DNA of 64,000 nucleotides from an uncultured Candidatus Saccharibacteria bacterium (GCA_964580065.1 CAZOJE010000002.1:66978-130977), one strand, 5' to 3'. Positions 36,103-47,949 are shown, numbered from the stretch's first letter. Program-made: numbers and translations. The notes: generated from the sequence alone by a model not told the origin.

Positions 36103-36852
36103 TTATTCATATTGTGTCAATATTTTTGCTCTGTTCTTCTCGACAAGCACAGTATGCTCAAAATGAGCCCCTAAAGTACTATCAACCGACTTCACATTCC
36201 AGCCATCTTTTGACGCTTTGACACGACCATTTCCCAAGGTTGCCATCGGCTCGATCGCCAGCATTACTTTTTCGGGGATTTTGGGACCGGTTCCCGCTTT
36301 ACCATCACACATTATTGACGGTTCTTGATGAACTTTTTCGCCAATTCCATGGCCTGAAAGTGACATCACTGGCGACAAACCATATTTTTTTAATGTTTCT
36401 CCGATTTTTTCTTCGATATCACCAAGGTAAACATCTGCTTTAACAATTTTGATCGCTTCATACAAGGCCTCTCTTGTACCAAAAAAAAGTCTTTTTGTAT
36501 CCTCTGACTTGAATTTTCCCACCACATAAGTCGCTGTTGCATCAGTATTCATACCTTTATAATTCGTGCCAACATCCAAGCTGACTATATCGCCTTCTTC
36601 CAAAACCCTACCTGAAGGTACACCATGGACAACCTCATCATTTACTGAAATACAAGTGGCATATTTATATCCGTCTATACCAAGAAAAGCTGGTAGAGAA
36701 TCACGCGAAGTGATGATTCTTGTCGCAATTTTATCCATTTCCAGCGTAGTTATGCCCGGGGCAACAATTTTTTTTATTTCGCGCAAAACAAACCCTGTAA
36801 TCTCTCCAGACTTGATAGCGTTTTTTATCTGATCTTTATTTAACTTTTTCAT
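36103..36852 (-). CDS. map: Methionine aminopeptidase type I
   Basis: SVNDEVVHGVP, GDIVSLDVG, GHGIG..HQEP, AIEPM, AHFEHT. Confidence 0.95.
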   Translation of the reverse strand: MKKLNKDQIKNAIKSGEITGFVLREIKKIVAPGITTLEMDKIATRIITSRDSLPAFLGIDGYKYATCISVNDEVVHGVPSGRVLEEGDIVSLDVGTNYKGMNTDATATYVVGKFKSEDTKRLFFGTREALYEAIKIVKADVYLGDIEEKIGETLKKYGLSPVMSLSGHGIGEKVHQEPSIMCDGKAGTGPKIPEKVMLAIEPMATLGNGRVKASKDGWNVKSVDSTLGAHFEHTVLVEKNRAKILTQYE

Positions 36853-38132
36853 TAAATAATGTCGTCGTACGATCGCATAGCAAGTTGTGCTTTAATCGTA
36901 CGTACGAGTTCAAGCGTTACCGAAACAATAATTAATATACCCGTTCCACCAATTGCCAAAGTTCTGATGCCGGTTGCGTTCTGTAAAACAAACGGGAAAA
37001 TAGCCACAATCGACAAGAAAAAAGCTCCCACAAAAGTAATTTTATAAATCACCGAACCCAAGTAGTCGGCTGTTTGGTTGCCTGGACGTAATCCCGGGAC
37101 AAAACCACCTTGCTTCTGTAAATTTTCAGCGATATTTTTTGGCTGAAAAATAATTGAAGTGTAAAAAAATGTAAAAAAGAAAACCAATAGGAAGAAAAGA
37201 AGCCCGTAATAAATATCATTGGAGAGGAAAACTGTGATTTTGGTCGATATGGCTTTGATATTTTCCGAGCTTGAAGTTTGTAAAAATTGAGCAATTACAT
37301 TTGGCATAACAAGTAAACTAGTGGCAAAGATAATTGGAATTACTCCAGCGGCATTTGCCTTAATCGGTAAATATGAACTAACCGAAGTTGTTGATCGCCC
37401 CGCCCGCACACGTCGAGCATAGCTCACCGGAATACGGCGTTCCGCTTCGTTCACCCAAACAATAAAAACAATCATCGCCACCATCGCCAAAATAATTTCT
37501 CCGCCAACAACTATTTTATTTTCTAGAATTTGACTTGTTGATGACACTTGGCCGGGAATACCGGCAACGATACCGACAGCAATCAAAAGCGACAAGCCAT
37601 TACCAATTCCACGTTCGGAAATTATCTCCCCCAACCACATAGCAAAAACCGAGCCGGCCGTGGCAACTACTAAAACGAGCGTTAATTCAGACATCGAAAG
37701 AGTGGAGATAACTTTCTGGCTTTGAAGCAAACGGACTAATCCATATGCTTCGGTTAATGCTAAAGGAATAGACAAGTACCTGATATATTGGTTGATTTTT
37801 TGTTTACCATACTCGCCTTCTTTTTGCATTTCTTCAAGCGCTGGAACAGCAACCGTCAGAAGCTGAATAATAATAGAAGCGGTGATGTAGGGGCCAACGC
37901 CAAGCATAGCAAGAGAAAATTTGCTCACCGACCCGCCGGAAAATAAGTCTAACAAGCCAAAGGCCTGATTATTTTGGAAAAAACTAGCCAAGCCGGAAGC
38001 ATCTACGCCCGGCAAAGGGATATGGGCCAAAACACGATAAACGACTATGAGAGCAAAAGTCAAAATTATCTTATTCCTTAAATCTTTTAAGGAAAAGATG
38101 CGCTTAATAATATTAATTATACGATCTATCAT
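36852..38132 (-). CDS. secY: Preprotein translocase SecY
   Basis: [42 protein letters not shown]. Confidence 0.97.
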   Translation of the reverse strand: MIDRIINIIKRIFSLKDLRNKIILTFALIVVYRVLAHIPLPGVDASGLASFFQNNQAFGLLDLFSGGSVSKFSLAMLGVGPYITASIIIQLLTVAVPALEEMQKEGEYGKQKINQYIRYLSIPLALTEAYGLVRLLQSQKVISTLSMSELTLVLVVATAGSVFAMWLGEIISERGIGNGLSLLIAVGIVAGIPGQVSSTSQILENKIVVGGEIILAMVAMIVFIVWVNEAERRIPVSYARRVRAGRSTTSVSSYLPIKANAAGVIPIIFATSLLVMPNVIAQFLQTSSSENIKAISTKITVFLSNDIYYGLLFFLLVFFFTFFYTSIIFQPKNIAENLQKQGGFVPGLRPGNQTADYLGSVIYKITFVGAFFLSIVAIFPFVLQNATGIRTLAIGGTGILIIVSVTLELVRTIKAQLAMRSYDDII

Positions 38133-38542
38133 TTATTTGATATTTTCGTAAATTTTACTTCTGATGCAAACGAATATTTGGATTTGATTTTGGCGCCGTC
38201 AAGCACTTTAAGAGTTGTAAGCAATTTCGCCTCGTTTTTGGCTAGACCCATATTTTCAACAACAGCTTTTATATCAACTTTCGCGCCCTCCTTAAACATA
38301 GCGGCAAGTTGTCTAGGGCTAACCGTCAATTCTTTTTTAACTGATTTAGATTTAAAACCCTTTACTTTGGGCAAACGCATAGCGAGCTTAGTTTGGCCGC
38401 CTTCAAAAAACTTGGTCGATGAACCAGTGCGTGATTTTTGACCATTCATTCCGCGGCCCGACGTTTTTCCTTTGCCGGAAGATCGGCCGCGACCTAATCT
38501 CTTTGTGTTTTTGACTGCTTTTACTAAAATTTCTTCTGTCAT
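38129..38542 (-). CDS. rplO: 50S ribosomal protein L15
   Basis: RLGRG..GKTSGRG..GQKSR, FEGGQ. Confidence 0.95.
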   Translation of the reverse strand: MTEEILVKAVKNTKRLGRGRSSGKGKTSGRGMNGQKSRTGSSTKFFEGGQTKLAMRLPKVKGFKSKSVKKELTVSPRQLAAMFKEGAKVDIKAVVENMGLAKNEAKLLTTLKVLDGAKIKSKYSFASEVKFTKISNK

Positions 38543-38544
38543 GA

Positions 38545-39012
38545 TTATCTCGCTTGTGTTAAAGCCAAAATTGTTGCTTTGGCTGAATTTATTTTATTTG
38601 CCGAGCCAAGAGATTTTGCCACAAGATTTCTGATGCCGGCTAGCTCACAAACTGCACGTACCACGCCACCGGCAATAATCGATGTTCCTTCTGGCGCTGG
38701 GCGAAGCAAAACTTTAGCCGCGCCGAATTGGCAGGTTACTTCTTTGGCGATTGTGCCACGCTCATCGGTGTCAACTTCAATCATTTGTTTCTTGGCACGA
38801 GAAACGGCTTTTTTGATTGCGCCGGAAACTTCTACTGATTTACCCATACCAATGCCAACCTTGCCTTGTCTGTCGCCAACAACAACCAATGCTCGAAAGC
38901 CGATTCTTTTTCCACCCTTAACGGTTCGGCTAACACGAGCAATTTCGATTACCTTTTCTTCAAAATGTTTTTTATCTTGTTCCATCTCACTTTTAAAATT
39001 CGATTTTTCCAT
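38545..39012 (-). CDS. rpsE: 30S ribosomal protein S5
   Basis: [26 protein letters not shown]. Confidence 0.96.
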   Translation of the reverse strand: MEKSNFKSEMEQDKKHFEEKVIEIARVSRTVKGGKRIGFRALVVVGDRQGKVGIGMGKSVEVSGAIKKAVSRAKKQMIEVDTDERGTIAKEVTCQFGAAKVLLRPAPEGTSIIAGGVVRAVCELAGIRNLVAKSLGSANKINSAKATILALTQAR

Positions 39013-39274
39013 CTCTCATCCCTTCGGCAAATGATTTGACTCGACCGTGATAAATATTACCATTTCTATCAAAAGAAATTTTGGTAACTTTTTTAGTTTT
39101 TATTTTTTCGGCAAATTTAACTCCAAACTCTCTGGCTTGTTCGGCTGGTTTATTTTTAGATTTGCCAAAAACAAATCTTTCACCAACCAGTGTCCGCCCC
39201 GACGGATCAACTAATTGGGCAAAAATTGCCTTGGCACTTTTCGTTACAATTACTTTATTTCTTTTTTCCAACAT
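38993..39274 (-). CDS. rplR: 50S ribosomal protein L18 (N-terminally short)
   Basis: IFAQLVD, FDRNGNIYHGRVKSFAEG; start ATG 39274. Confidence 0.9.
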   Translation of the reverse strand: MLEKRNKVIVTKSAKAIFAQLVDPSGRTLVGERFVFGKSKNKPAEQAREFGVKFAEKIKTKKVTKISFDRNGNIYHGRVKSFAEGMRDGKIEF

Positions 39275-39275
39275 A

Positions 39276-39821
39276 TTATGCTCCTGCACCTTTGACCGCT
39301 TTTCCAACTTTGCGGATAATCTTCTCGTCAGCATACTTAATGCCTTTACCCTTATACGGCTCTGGTTTTTTGATTTTTCTGATTTCGGCCGCCATTTGCC
39401 CAACCGCTTGCTTATCAATTCCGTTGACACAAATAGTATTCTTTTTCACCTCAAAGCTTACGCCATTCTTCGGTTCGACAACAACTTCGTGTGAAAAACC
39501 AACCTTGAGGATTAGATTTTCGTCTTCAACTCTGGCGCGATAGCCGACACCAACAATTTCCAGCTTCTTAGTATATCCCTTTGTTACACCTTCAACCGCA
39601 TTAGCAATAAGCGCTCGGGTCAAACCGTGGAGCGATTTAGCTAATTTGGTTTCATTAATTCGGCTGACTTTGACTTCCTGATCGGCACAGTCAACCTTAA
39701 CCAGTGGATGAACCGGCACTTCTAACTGACCTTTTTCGCCCGATATCGTCAAAAGACCGTTCGTTTGGGTCAAACTAACCGATTCTGGCAACTCAATTTT
39801 TTTGTTTCCTACTCTGCTCAT
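39276..39821 (-). CDS. rplF: 50S ribosomal protein L6
   Basis: MSRVG, GVGYRA, PEPYKGKGI. Confidence 0.97.
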   Translation of the reverse strand: MSRVGNKKIELPESVSLTQTNGLLTISGEKGQLEVPVHPLVKVDCADQEVKVSRINETKLAKSLHGLTRALIANAVEGVTKGYTKKLEIVGVGYRARVEDENLILKVGFSHEVVVEPKNGVSFEVKKNTICVNGIDKQAVGQMAAEIRKIKKPEPYKGKGIKYADEKIIRKVGKAVKGAGA

Positions 39822-40199
39822 TTAAAAAACCTCGCAAATTATCTCGCCGCCAACTCCGGCTCTTTTTGCTTCTCGACCGCTCAATACTCCCGAAGGAGTT
39901 GATAAAATTACCGTACCAAAACCATTCTTTGGTCGAGGAATATTGGCTGATTTAGCATACAATCTTCGTCCGGGCTTGCTAACTCTTTTAATTTTATTGA
40001 TCTGTTTTTTGCCTCCCAGCATCGCAACCTTAATTGAAGCATTTTCTTTGTTATCTTCAAAGCCAGCGATATAACCTTCGCGCTTTAAGGCACCGAGAAT
40101 AGCAATTTTCATCTTGGAAAACGGCACCTCGAAAAATTCTTTACCCAAAACGTTGGTATTGTTTATTCTATTGATCAAGTCTGCAATCGTGTCTGTCAT
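39822..40199 (-). CDS. rpsH: 30S ribosomal protein S8
   Basis: DTIADL, SKPGRRLY, STPSG, GGEIIC. Confidence 0.96.
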   Translation of the reverse strand: MTDTIADLINRINNTNVLGKEFFEVPFSKMKIAILGALKREGYIAGFEDNKENASIKVAMLGGKKQINKIKRVSKPGRRLYAKSANIPRPKNGFGTVILSTPSGVLSGREAKRAGVGGEIICEVF

Positions 40200-40205
40200 A
40201 TCACC

Positions 40206-40391
40206 TCACCATGAAGATTTAATTACGCCCGGTATTTCGCCTTTGGAAGCAAGCTCCCTAAAGCAAATTCGACAAATGCCAAAATCGCGCATATATCCTC
40301 GGGATCTACCGCATTTTCCGCATCGGCGAATAATTCTCGTCGAGAATTTCGGTTTTCTTTGTGCTTTTATAATTAATGCTTTTCTCGCCAT
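40206..40391 (-). CDS. rpsZ: 30S ribosomal protein S14 type Z
   Basis: [23 protein letters not shown]. Confidence 0.95.
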   Translation of the reverse strand: MARKALIIKAQRKPKFSTRIIRRCGKCGRSRGYMRDFGICRICFRELASKGEIPGVIKSSW

Positions 40392-40399
40392 GAATCTCC

Positions 40400-40933
40400 T
40401 TACTTAAAGATGAAACCTATTGCTTTTAGGTACTCTCTGGTCATCTCGGCGTTATCAAAATTTTTTCCGCTAATTGTAATGCTCATGCCCCAGTTTTCTT
40501 TGATTTCGTCTGGTTTAACTTCAGGGAAAATCGTCTGATCTTGAAGACCGATCGTAAAATTACCCTGTCGATCAAATTTTTGGCTGCTAATCCCTTCAAA
40601 ATCTCTGATTCTCGGTAAGGCAACATTGATAAATCTTTCCAAGAAGTCCCACATTCTGCCATTCCTTAGGGTTAAGCAGTAGCCGATCATTTGGCCTTCT
40701 CTTATTTTAAAACCAGAAACTGATTTTTTTGCCGCTGTCCATTTGGGTGCTTGACCGAAAATTTGAGTCATTTCTTTTTTAACCAAAGCTAAAATTTCTT
40801 TGCTTTCTTTAAATTTGCCCAAACCAACATTGATGGTAACTTTTTGAATTTCCGGCAATGCCATAGGATTGGCGGAATATTTCTTTACCAACTCCGGTTT
40901 GATTTGTTTTACCACCATTTCTTTAAGCCGCAT
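40400..40933 (-). CDS. rplE: 50S ribosomal protein L5
   Basis: [28 protein letters not shown]. Confidence 0.96.
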   Translation of the reverse strand: MRLKEMVVKQIKPELVKKYSANPMALPEIQKVTINVGLGKFKESKEILALVKKEMTQIFGQAPKWTAAKKSVSGFKIREGQMIGYCLTLRNGRMWDFLERFINVALPRIRDFEGISSQKFDRQGNFTIGLQDQTIFPEVKPDEIKENWGMSITISGKNFDNAEMTREYLKAIGFIFK

Positions 40934-41246
40934 CGACAACCTCCCCGCATTTTTTGCAAATTCTTCTTTTATGCGTACCTTCATTTTTAAAGCTGATTCG
41001 AGTCGCTTTTTTGCAACCCGGGCAAACCACCATCAAATTAGAACTATTGACGGGTCTTGTAATGTCAATAATTCCACCTTGAGGATATTTCTGTGAAGGT
41101 TTAGCGTGTTTTTTAAATTTATTAACACCGTCGACAGCAATCATTCCGCTGGCTGGGTTGACACTTACAACTTTGCCCGACTTGCCGCGGTCCTTACCGG
41201 ATAAAACCAACACCGTATCGTTTTTCTTTATTTTTACATTATTCAT
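40923..41246 (-). CDS. rplX: 50S ribosomal protein L24
   Basis: KKNDTVLVLSGKDRGKSG, VDGVN. Confidence 0.95.
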   Translation of the reverse strand: MNNVKIKKNDTVLVLSGKDRGKSGKVVSVNPASGMIAVDGVNKFKKHAKPSQKYPQGGIIDITRPVNSSNLMVVCPGCKKATRISFKNEGTHKRRICKKCGEVVDAA

Positions 41247-41614
41247 CAGACAACCTCTTTCGCCATCGAAATAATCTTCATATAACCCCGTTCCCTAAGT
41301 TCTCTGGCAATTGGGCCAAAAACACGTGTCCCCTTTGGGGTTTTGTCATTATTCACTAAAACAATTGCATTTTCGTCAAACCTAACCATCGTGCCGTCCT
41401 TGCGTTTTAACGGTTTTGTTTGTCTTACGATCACCGCTTTGTGGATTTCTTTCTTCTTCACCGATCCCCTGGGAGAAGCTGATTTGATCGAAACAGTAAT
41501 CATATCACCCACTTCGGCAAATTTTGAACGGCCGCGGCGATAAACGCTAATGCAGCCGGCTTCTTTTGCGCCGGTATTATCAGCTACCTTTAATCTTGTT
41601 ATTTGTTGAATCAT
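41246..41614 (-). CDS. rplN: 50S ribosomal protein L14
   Basis: VADNTGAK, FDENA, GTRVFGP. Confidence 0.97.
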   Translation of the reverse strand: MIQQITRLKVADNTGAKEAGCISVYRRGRSKFAEVGDMITVSIKSASPRGSVKKKEIHKAVIVRQTKPLKRKDGTMVRFDENAIVLVNNDKTPKGTRVFGPIARELRERGYMKIISMAKEVV

Positions 41615-41844
41615 TTTATTACTCTACTTACCTTAAAAGATTTTGTTTTTGAAGTTGGTCGGCACTCTTCGATTTCGATTATTTCACCCAGTTTGGCCAT
41701 GCCATTTTCGTCATGAACATGCATTTTACGAGTAATTTTATGCATTTTCAGATATTTCGGGTGTTTCTCGTAAATATCAAATTGTATTGTAACGGATTTT
41801 TGCCCTAATTTAACAACTTTTCCGCTTAATTTCTTTTTAGCCAT
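41611..41844 (-). CDS. rpsQ: 30S ribosomal protein S17
   Basis: HPKYLK, HDE, ECRPTSKTK. Confidence 0.95.
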   Translation of the reverse strand: MAKKKLSGKVVKLGQKSVTIQFDIYEKHPKYLKMHKITRKMHVHDENGMAKLGEIIEIEECRPTSKTKSFKVSRVIK

Positions 41845-42058
41845 TTTTTACCTCATTTTCTTGGTACAGTTTCTCTGATATAAGGGTTTCGATCCAAGCA
41901 ATTTTTTTCTTAATTTCTTTAAGTTTATTAGTGTTTTTTTCTGACTTAGAGAAATTTTCGGCTCTTTGATTGATTTTTTCAATTTCAAGAGTCTTTCTTT
42001 GGTTCAGCAAAGAAGGAATGTCTTGTTTTTTTAAGTTGTCTAATTCTGTTTTTTTCAT
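41837..42058 (-). CDS. rpmC: 50S ribosomal protein L29
   Basis: Position between rplP and rpsQ; KKKIAWIET. Confidence 0.85.
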   Translation of the reverse strand: MKKTELDNLKKQDIPSLLNQRKTLEIEKINQRAENFSKSEKNTNKLKEIKKKIAWIETLISEKLYQENEVKNG

Positions 42059-42059
42059 T

Positions 42060-42467
42060 TTAATCTTTAACTATATAAGCTGTTTTAAAAGGTAACTTGC
42101 TTGAAGCCAAGCGCATTGCTTCTTTGGCAGTAATCGGATCGACACCGTCAAGCTCGAAAATAATTCTGCCCGGTCTGATTACGCTAACAAAATGATCCGG
42201 ACCGCCCTTTCCGCCACCCATACCAACTTCGTCTGGTGTTTTCGTAACGACTTTATCAGGGAAAACGCGAATCCAAATCTTTCCGCCTCTTTTGCAATAT
42301 CTGGTCATGGCCCGTCTGGCGGCTTCGATTTGTCTTGAAGTCAGCCAACCACGCTCCAATGATTTAATGGCGTATTTGCCAAAATTAATTTCGCTGCCCC
42401 TAATATCTACTCCGGGCATCTTACCGCGAAAGTGTTTTCTGTATTTTAATTTTTTTGGAATTAACAT
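42060..42467 (-). CDS. rplP: 50S ribosomal protein L16
   Basis: [20 protein letters not shown]. Confidence 0.97.
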   Translation of the reverse strand: MLIPKKLKYRKHFRGKMPGVDIRGSEINFGKYAIKSLERGWLTSRQIEAARRAMTRYCKRGGKIWIRVFPDKVVTKTPDEVGMGGGKGGPDHFVSVIRPGRIIFELDGVDPITAKEAMRLASSKLPFKTAYIVKD

Positions 42468-43099
42468 TATTTTCCTTCTTCACCAAGACTAATCCATACC
42501 TTAACACCGATTGTGCCGAAAGTGGTGGGGGCATGATAAATACCATAACTTATATTCCCGCGCAAAGTTGAAAGCGGAACCGATCCTTCTTGAAACTTTT
42601 CGCTTCTGGCAATTTCTGCACCGCCAAGACGCCCAGCGACAATAATTCTAGCGCCGCTCGCGCCAGCCGTCATAATTCTCTGCAAAGATTGCTTACAAGC
42701 CCTTCGAAAAGGCATTCTCTTGGAAAGTTGAATGCCAATTGTTTGGGCGACAACCATGGCGTCTAAATCGGCTTTCTTAACTTCAACAATTTCAATTTTA
42801 AACTTTTTGTTAATTTTCTTGGTAATTTGTTCGCGCAACATCTCTAATTGCTTGCCACCACGACCGATAATCATACCCGGCCTGGCCGATTTAATAATAA
42901 TGGTCAGTCGGCCCAAGCCCCTTTCGATGACAATTTCGGAAATTCCGGCTTGTGGACCCATTTTTTTATAAATAAGCTCTCGGATTTTGATGTCCTCAAG
43001 AATATTGGCGGCATAATCGCTACCTTTAGCGAACCATTTGCTTTTCCAATTTTTGTCAACGCCCAGTCTGAATCCGATTGGATTTACTTTTTGTCCCAT
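42467..43099 (-). CDS. rpsC: 30S ribosomal protein S3
   Basis: [29 protein letters not shown]. Confidence 0.97.
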   Translation of the reverse strand: MGQKVNPIGFRLGVDKNWKSKWFAKGSDYAANILEDIKIRELIYKKMGPQAGISEIVIERGLGRLTIIIKSARPGMIIGRGGKQLEMLREQITKKINKKFKIEIVEVKKADLDAMVVAQTIGIQLSKRMPFRRACKQSLQRIMTAGASGARIIVAGRLGGAEIARSEKFQEGSVPLSTLRGNISYGIYHAPTTFGTIGVKVWISLGEEGK

Positions 43100-43100
43100 T

Positions 43101-43493
43101 TTATTTTCCTGCCTTGTCCGCTTTAGTTTTCTTAGCCGTTTCTTCTTGTGCAATCGGCTCGATTTTAGCTAAAGCTATTTTAATGTGTGACATTCTTTTG
43201 TAATATCTTGTCGATCTGCCGCGGGCGCGAATAAACATTCTCTTTAACTTTCTTCCCTCTTGGCAGATGGCTTCGCAAACAACTAATTCGTCTTTTGAAA
43301 AACCTTTTTTGCTTGCCGCGTCGAAGGCACTATTTAAAAGATGAAGGACGATTTTTGATGTCTTTTTGTTTAAAAACGTAACTTCATCAATCGCTTTGCT
43401 TAATTCCTTTCCTCTAATTAAATCAACCACTAATCTGGCCTTTTTCGGGCTAACTCTTTGATCTCTGGCTGAAGCTTTCGCTACTGTCAACAT
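43101..43493 (-). CDS. rplV: 50S ribosomal protein L22
   Basis: SPKKARLVVDLIRG, RARGR, SHI. Confidence 0.96.
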   Translation of the reverse strand: MLTVAKASARDQRVSPKKARLVVDLIRGKELSKAIDEVTFLNKKTSKIVLHLLNSAFDAASKKGFSKDELVVCEAICQEGRKLKRMFIRARGRSTRYYKRMSHIKIALAKIEPIAQEETAKKTKADKAGK

Positions 43494-43774
43494 TACGCGT
43501 TCCCTTTCTTTTCTTGTTCCTTAGCCATTTTTCCACCATGTCGTCTGAATTTTCGAGTTGGAGCAAATTCGCCCAAGCGGTGGCCAATCATTTCTTCCGA
43601 AATTTTAACAGGAAGATGCTCTTTGCCATTATGAATAGCAATTGTCAGGCCAATCATTTCCGGAACAACCATTGAATCCCTTGACCACGTTCGAATAACA
43701 GTCGATTTATCGGCTTTGGTAACTTTTTCCATTAATTTCTCGTCAACAAAAACGCCTTTTTTCAGTGATCTCAT
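43493..43774 (-). CDS. rpsS: 30S ribosomal protein S19
   Basis: [25 protein letters not shown]. Confidence 0.97.
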   Translation of the reverse strand: MRSLKKGVFVDEKLMEKVTKADKSTVIRTWSRDSMVVPEMIGLTIAIHNGKEHLPVKISEEMIGHRLGEFAPTRKFRRHGGKMAKEQEKKGNA

Positions 43775-43776
43775 GA

Positions 43777-44604
43777 TTACCTTCCCTTTGACCTCTTAAC
43801 AATAAACTTATCAGACTTTTTATTCCTTCGGGTTTTTTTACCGATCGCGACTTTACCCCAAGGAGTTTTCGGATATTTCAAACCAATTGGGTTAACACCT
43901 TCACCGCCGCCATGCGGGTGTGATTTCAAACTCATAACTTTTCCACGAACAGTCGGGCGAATATTCATTTTGCGCTTTCGTCCAGCTTTTCCGATTCGGA
44001 TATTAGAGTGATCGGGATTGGACATTTGTCCGATCGTGGCATAACATTTGGCATTAATTTTTCTGGTTTCGCCAGAAGGCATTTTCAAAAGGGCATAATC
44101 ACCTTCAAGCGCTAAAATCGTCGCTGAAGACCCCGCTGATCGGGCAATGTATTTTTTGCTTTCGGGATATAATTGAATGTCGCAAACCTGCATACCTGAA
44201 GGAATGTCTTTCAGCATCGAGCGATCGCCCGGATTAAAATCTTCATTTTTATTAGCTTTAATAGTTTGGCCAACGGTGAGTTTTTCTGGAGCCAAAACAT
44301 ATTTCTTGGTACCGTCGCGCAACTCAAGCAAAGCTAAACGCGCCGTGCGATTTGGGTCGTAATCTATTCTCAAAACTTTTGCTTCACCGTCCGAAATCGA
44401 CTCCAGTGTTGAAACAATTCTGTAAAGACGTTTAGCGCCGCCGCCTTTATGACGCGAGCTAATGTGACCGAATTGGTCCTTACCAACTGATTTTTTGATT
44501 TTTGTTACCAATGATCGCGGCGGTTTTTCCTTCGACAAAAAAGACCTATCTTCAAAGCTTTGATTAACGTAACCCGATGACATCGTTTTAATAACTTTAA
44601 TCAT
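43777..44604 (-). CDS. rplB: 50S ribosomal protein L2
   Basis: [28 protein letters not shown]. Confidence 0.97.
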   Translation of the reverse strand: MIKVIKTMSSGYVNQSFEDRSFLSKEKPPRSLVTKIKKSVGKDQFGHISSRHKGGGAKRLYRIVSTLESISDGEAKVLRIDYDPNRTARLALLELRDGTKKYVLAPEKLTVGQTIKANKNEDFNPGDRSMLKDIPSGMQVCDIQLYPESKKYIARSAGSSATILALEGDYALLKMPSGETRKINAKCYATIGQMSNPDHSNIRIGKAGRKRKMNIRPTVRGKVMSLKSHPHGGGEGVNPIGLKYPKTPWGKVAIGKKTRRNKKSDKFIVKRSKGR

Positions 44605-45013
44605 TTTTCTCTTTCGCTTGCTTATCTTTGACTGTTTTTACTTTGGTTTTTACTTGTGTTTTAACTTCAGCATTCTTGGCTTCTGCTTTATTCTTGGTTT
44701 CGGTTTTTGCGTCAGCTTCTTGCGATTTAGATAATTCTTCGGCAAAAGTCTGGAAACCCGGAATGGTTTGTTTTTTATCTAATTTAATAATGGCTTTTTT
44801 ATAGCCCCTTTCTTTTTGATAACCTCGAATTTTTTTCGCCACAATCAATTTCTTTGTTGATGTTCTAATGGCGAGCGGGGTTACTTTAAAAACTATCTTT
44901 ACAGCCGCTAAGATTTTTTCCTTGGTGTAATCCATAGGAACCAACAAAGTATATTCACCCTTGGTGGATTGACTGACTGATTTTTCGGTAATTAGTGGCT
45001 TAATATTATACAT
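44597..45013 (-). CDS. rplW: 50S ribosomal protein L23 with Lys/Ala-rich C-terminal extension
   Basis: [15 protein letters not shown]. Confidence 0.9.
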   Translation of the reverse strand: MYNIKPLITEKSVSQSTKGEYTLLVPMDYTKEKILAAVKIVFKVTPLAIRTSTKKLIVAKKIRGYQKERGYKKAIIKLDKKQTIPGFQTFAEELSKSQEADAKTETKNKAEAKNAEVKTQVKTKVKTVKDKQAKEKND

Positions 45014-45626
45014 TTTTAACTCTTTGGCTTATTTCCTCAAACGATTTTTTGGAAAAAAGAAATAATCTCTTTTTCATCAAATCACTGATATGCAAATTAT
45101 TGGTTGAATAAAACTCGGTTGCCGGCAAATTCTCAAACGGTTTGATGGCTAATTTTTCTTCTGTCGAGCTGATTACGGCAATACCAACAGCCGGAGCAAT
45201 TTTTTCCAAAATCTTGGCCGCATCTTTAGTTTTGTTCGATTTTACTTCAAAGGCTTCGATAACGGCAATATCTTTAGCTCTGAAAGACAGCATTTGGAGC
45301 ATTGCCAAACGTTTCATCTTGACTGGAATAGCCAAAACTTTTGAAACGCCGGTTGGACCAAAAGTTATACCGCCACCAGACCAAATTGGCGATCGGTTGG
45401 AGCCAGCTCGCGCGCGGCCCGTTCCTTTTTGCTTAAATGGTTTGCGGCCACCGCCAGAAACCTCACCTTTTGTCTTGGTGCGTCCATTCTTGGTCATAGT
45501 GTGATTTTGCTCAACCCGAATAACTTGAGAAACAAGTTTTTTGTTCAATTTAGCTTTTTCCGAAGAAACCTCGAGTTTTACCTCGTCGATTTTCTCGCCC
45601 TGTTTGTTATAAAGTGGAAATTTCAT
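45006..45626 (-). CDS. rplD: 50S ribosomal protein L4
   Basis: [32 protein letters not shown]. Confidence 0.96.
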   Translation of the reverse strand: MKFPLYNKQGEKIDEVKLEVSSEKAKLNKKLVSQVIRVEQNHTMTKNGRTKTKGEVSGGGRKPFKQKGTGRARAGSNRSPIWSGGGITFGPTGVSKVLAIPVKMKRLAMLQMLSFRAKDIAVIEAFEVKSNKTKDAAKILEKIAPAVGIAVISSTEEKLAIKPFENLPATEFYSTNNLHISDLMKKRLFLFSKKSFEEISQRVKNV

Positions 45627-46225
45627 TATTTTTCAAGAATTAATTGCGCTTTATTGGCACCGGGAATTGATCCTTTAACCCAAATTCTGCCTTTTTCGGC
45701 TTCGATTCTAACAACTTCTACGTTTTTTAACTTAATATTTTTTGCCCCCATGTGGCCACCCATACGACGGCCAAGAATCGTTCTTTGGGGATAGGTTGGG
45801 CCAATTGAACCCGGCTGACGATAATTATCTGATCCATGGGTCTTCGGACCAGTGGCGAAACCGTGTCTTTTAACGGTACCGGCGAAACCTTTTCCTTTGG
45901 TAACAGTATAAACCGTCAGTTTGTCGCCAACGGTAAAGTCTTTGGCGCTGATTGGCGAACCGACCGACAAAGATTCGTCTGTTCCGGATTTGCTTTCTTT
46001 AATTTTGACGATATTGGGAAATTTTTTAAACTGACCCACAACAGATTTTCGGCCAACAGTGCCCTCTTTAACAAGAGCGAAAATATCGCTTTCGTAGCCA
46101 TCTTTTTCTACTGTTTTTTTGCCAATTAAAACTGATCCGAGCAAATTCAAAATCGTCACGGCTTTTTGTTCGCCGCGATCGTTGTAAATCTGCGTCATGG
46201 CTAATTTTGTTGCGAATGTTTTCAT
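45626..46225 (-). CDS. rplC: 50S ribosomal protein L3
   Basis: [31 protein letters not shown]. Confidence 0.96.
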   Translation of the reverse strand: MKTFATKLAMTQIYNDRGEQKAVTILNLLGSVLIGKKTVEKDGYESDIFALVKEGTVGRKSVVGQFKKFPNIVKIKESKSGTDESLSVGSPISAKDFTVGDKLTVYTVTKGKGFAGTVKRHGFATGPKTHGSDNYRQPGSIGPTYPQRTILGRRMGGHMGAKNIKLKNVEVVRIEAEKGRIWVKGSIPGANKAQLILEK

Positions 46226-46251
46226 TTTCTAAAACTTTTAAAATAAACTTG

Positions 46252-46369
46252 GCCCAAAATGTGCTTTTTCAAAAAGCAATTATTTGGGCTCGAGCCATCT
46301 ATGGAAAGACAGCTAGACGATCCCGACTTACTTTATTTAAAGTACTGTCGGGACGCGTCTAATTATCTT
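46252..46369. repeat. Two adjacent hairpins filling the rpsJ-rplC intergenic region
   Basis: GCCCAAA..TGCTTTT-TC-AAAAAGCA..TTTGGGC and TAGACG.TCCCGAC.TACTTTA-TT-TAAAGTA..GTCGGGA..CGTCTA. Confidence 0.7.
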
Positions 46370-46685
46370 ACGTTTTTATCTCAATGTCAACGCCTGCAGG
46401 AAGTTCGATGCTCATCAGTTGGTCAATTGTTCTTGAAGTAAGACTGACAACATCGAGAAGTCTTTTGTGAACCCTAATCTCAAACTGATCTCGACTGTCT
46501 TTGTGAACGAAGGTTGACTTCAAAACAGTCGTTTTTCTGATTTCTGTTGGAAGCGGGATTGGGCCAACTGTTTTGGCACCCGATCGCTCAACAGTATCAA
46601 TGATGTGTTTGACTGATTTATCAAGAATACGATAATCGTAACCTCTTATTTTGATTCGAATTTTCTGGTTTTCTTCCTTTGGCAT
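46368..46685 (-). CDS. rpsJ: 30S ribosomal protein S10
   Basis: KIRIKI, GPIPLPT, HKDSRDQFE, LPAGVDI. Confidence 0.97.
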   Translation of the reverse strand: MPKEENQKIRIKIRGYDYRILDKSVKHIIDTVERSGAKTVGPIPLPTEIRKTTVLKSTFVHKDSRDQFEIRVHKRLLDVVSLTSRTIDQLMSIELPAGVDIEIKT

Positions 46686-46715
46686 GATTTGAATGTGCTA
46701 ATTATTATTTTTCTT

Positions 46716-47900
46716 TTATTTGATGATCTTGGTAACAACGCCGGCCCCAACTGTTCGGCCACCTTCTCTGATAGCAAATTTCATTTTTTCTTCCATTGCT
46801 ACCGGAGCGATGAGCTTAACGGTTAGGTCAACTGTGTCTCCCGGCATAACCATTTCAACGCCGGCTGGAATAGCTGTTACTTCGCCTGTTACATCAGTTG
46901 TTCTGATATAAAACTGCGGTTTGTAACCCTTGGTGAATGGTGAATGACGGCCACCTTCATCTTTGCTTAAAATATAAGCTTGGGTTTCGAATTCAGTGTG
47001 AGGTGTTACGGAGCCCGGTTTGGCTAAAACTTGACCTCTTTCAACATCGTCTCTTTCAATTCCTCTCAAGAGAACGCCAACATTGTCTCCGGCTCTACCT
47101 TCATCAAGCATTTTTCTGAACATTTCAACGCCGGTAACAACGGTTTTCTTGGTTGGTTTCAAGCCAACGATTTCAACTTCCTCATTAACCTTAACGATAC
47201 CTCTTTCAATTCTTCCGGTAACAACTGTACCGCGGCCTTTGATCGAGAAAACGTCTTCAATGGCTAACAAGAACGGTTTGTCAGTGGCTCTTTCTGGATC
47301 AGGAATATAATCATCAAGGGCCTTAACCAGATCTAAAATAGCTTGTTCTGACTCTGGATCGCCTTCAAGAGCTTTAAGAGCTGAACCCTTGATAACCGGT
47401 GTTTCGTCGCCCGGGAAATTATATTTAGTTAAAAGTTCCCTGACTTCGATTTCAACTAGATCCAAAAGCTCTTTATCGGAAACCATGTCAACTTTATTCA
47501 AGAAAACAATAATCCTCGGAACGCCAACTTGATTGGCCAAGAGAATGTGTTCTCTTGTTTGAGGCATCGGACCGTCGGCAGCGGAAACAACTAGAATAGC
47601 CGCGTCCATTTGAGCCGCACCGGTAATCATATTTTTGACATAGTCGGCGTGTCCCGGGCAGTCTACATGGGCATAATGCCTTTTTTCTGTTTCATATTCT
47701 TCGTGAGAAGTAGCGATTGTAATGCCCCTTTCTCTTTCTTCTGGAGCATTATCAATATCTTCAAACTTTTTCGCTGAAGCTAACCCTTTCTTTGAAAGTA
47801 CTTGGGTGATAGCAGCTGTAAGGGTGGTTTTTCCGTGGTCAACGTGGCCAATAGTACCAACGTTGACGTGGACTTTTGACCTATCAAATTTTTCTGCCAT
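46716..47900 (-). CDS. tuf: Elongation factor Tu
   Basis: [26 protein letters not shown]. Confidence 0.99.
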   Translation of the reverse strand: MAEKFDRSKVHVNVGTIGHVDHGKTTLTAAITQVLSKKGLASAKKFEDIDNAPEERERGITIATSHEEYETEKRHYAHVDCPGHADYVKNMITGAAQMDAAILVVSAADGPMPQTREHILLANQVGVPRIIVFLNKVDMVSDKELLDLVEIEVRELLTKYNFPGDETPVIKGSALKALEGDPESEQAILDLVKALDDYIPDPERATDKPFLLAIEDVFSIKGRGTVVTGRIERGIVKVNEEVEIVGLKPTKKTVVTGVEMFRKMLDEGRAGDNVGVLLRGIERDDVERGQVLAKPGSVTPHTEFETQAYILSKDEGGRHSPFTKGYKPQFYIRTTDVTGEVTAIPAGVEMVMPGDTVDLTVKLIAPVAMEEKMKFAIREGGRTVGAGVVTKIIK

Positions 47901-47949
47901 TTATTTCTCCTTTTTACTTTTTTACCAATAAAAAATCGCCATTTGGAAT

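Noticed and set aside
21824-40391. Recoded TGA (genetic code 25)
   Set aside because: TGA ends eno, both gpmI copies and rpsZ at the expected positions, and conserved genes have no in-frame TGA
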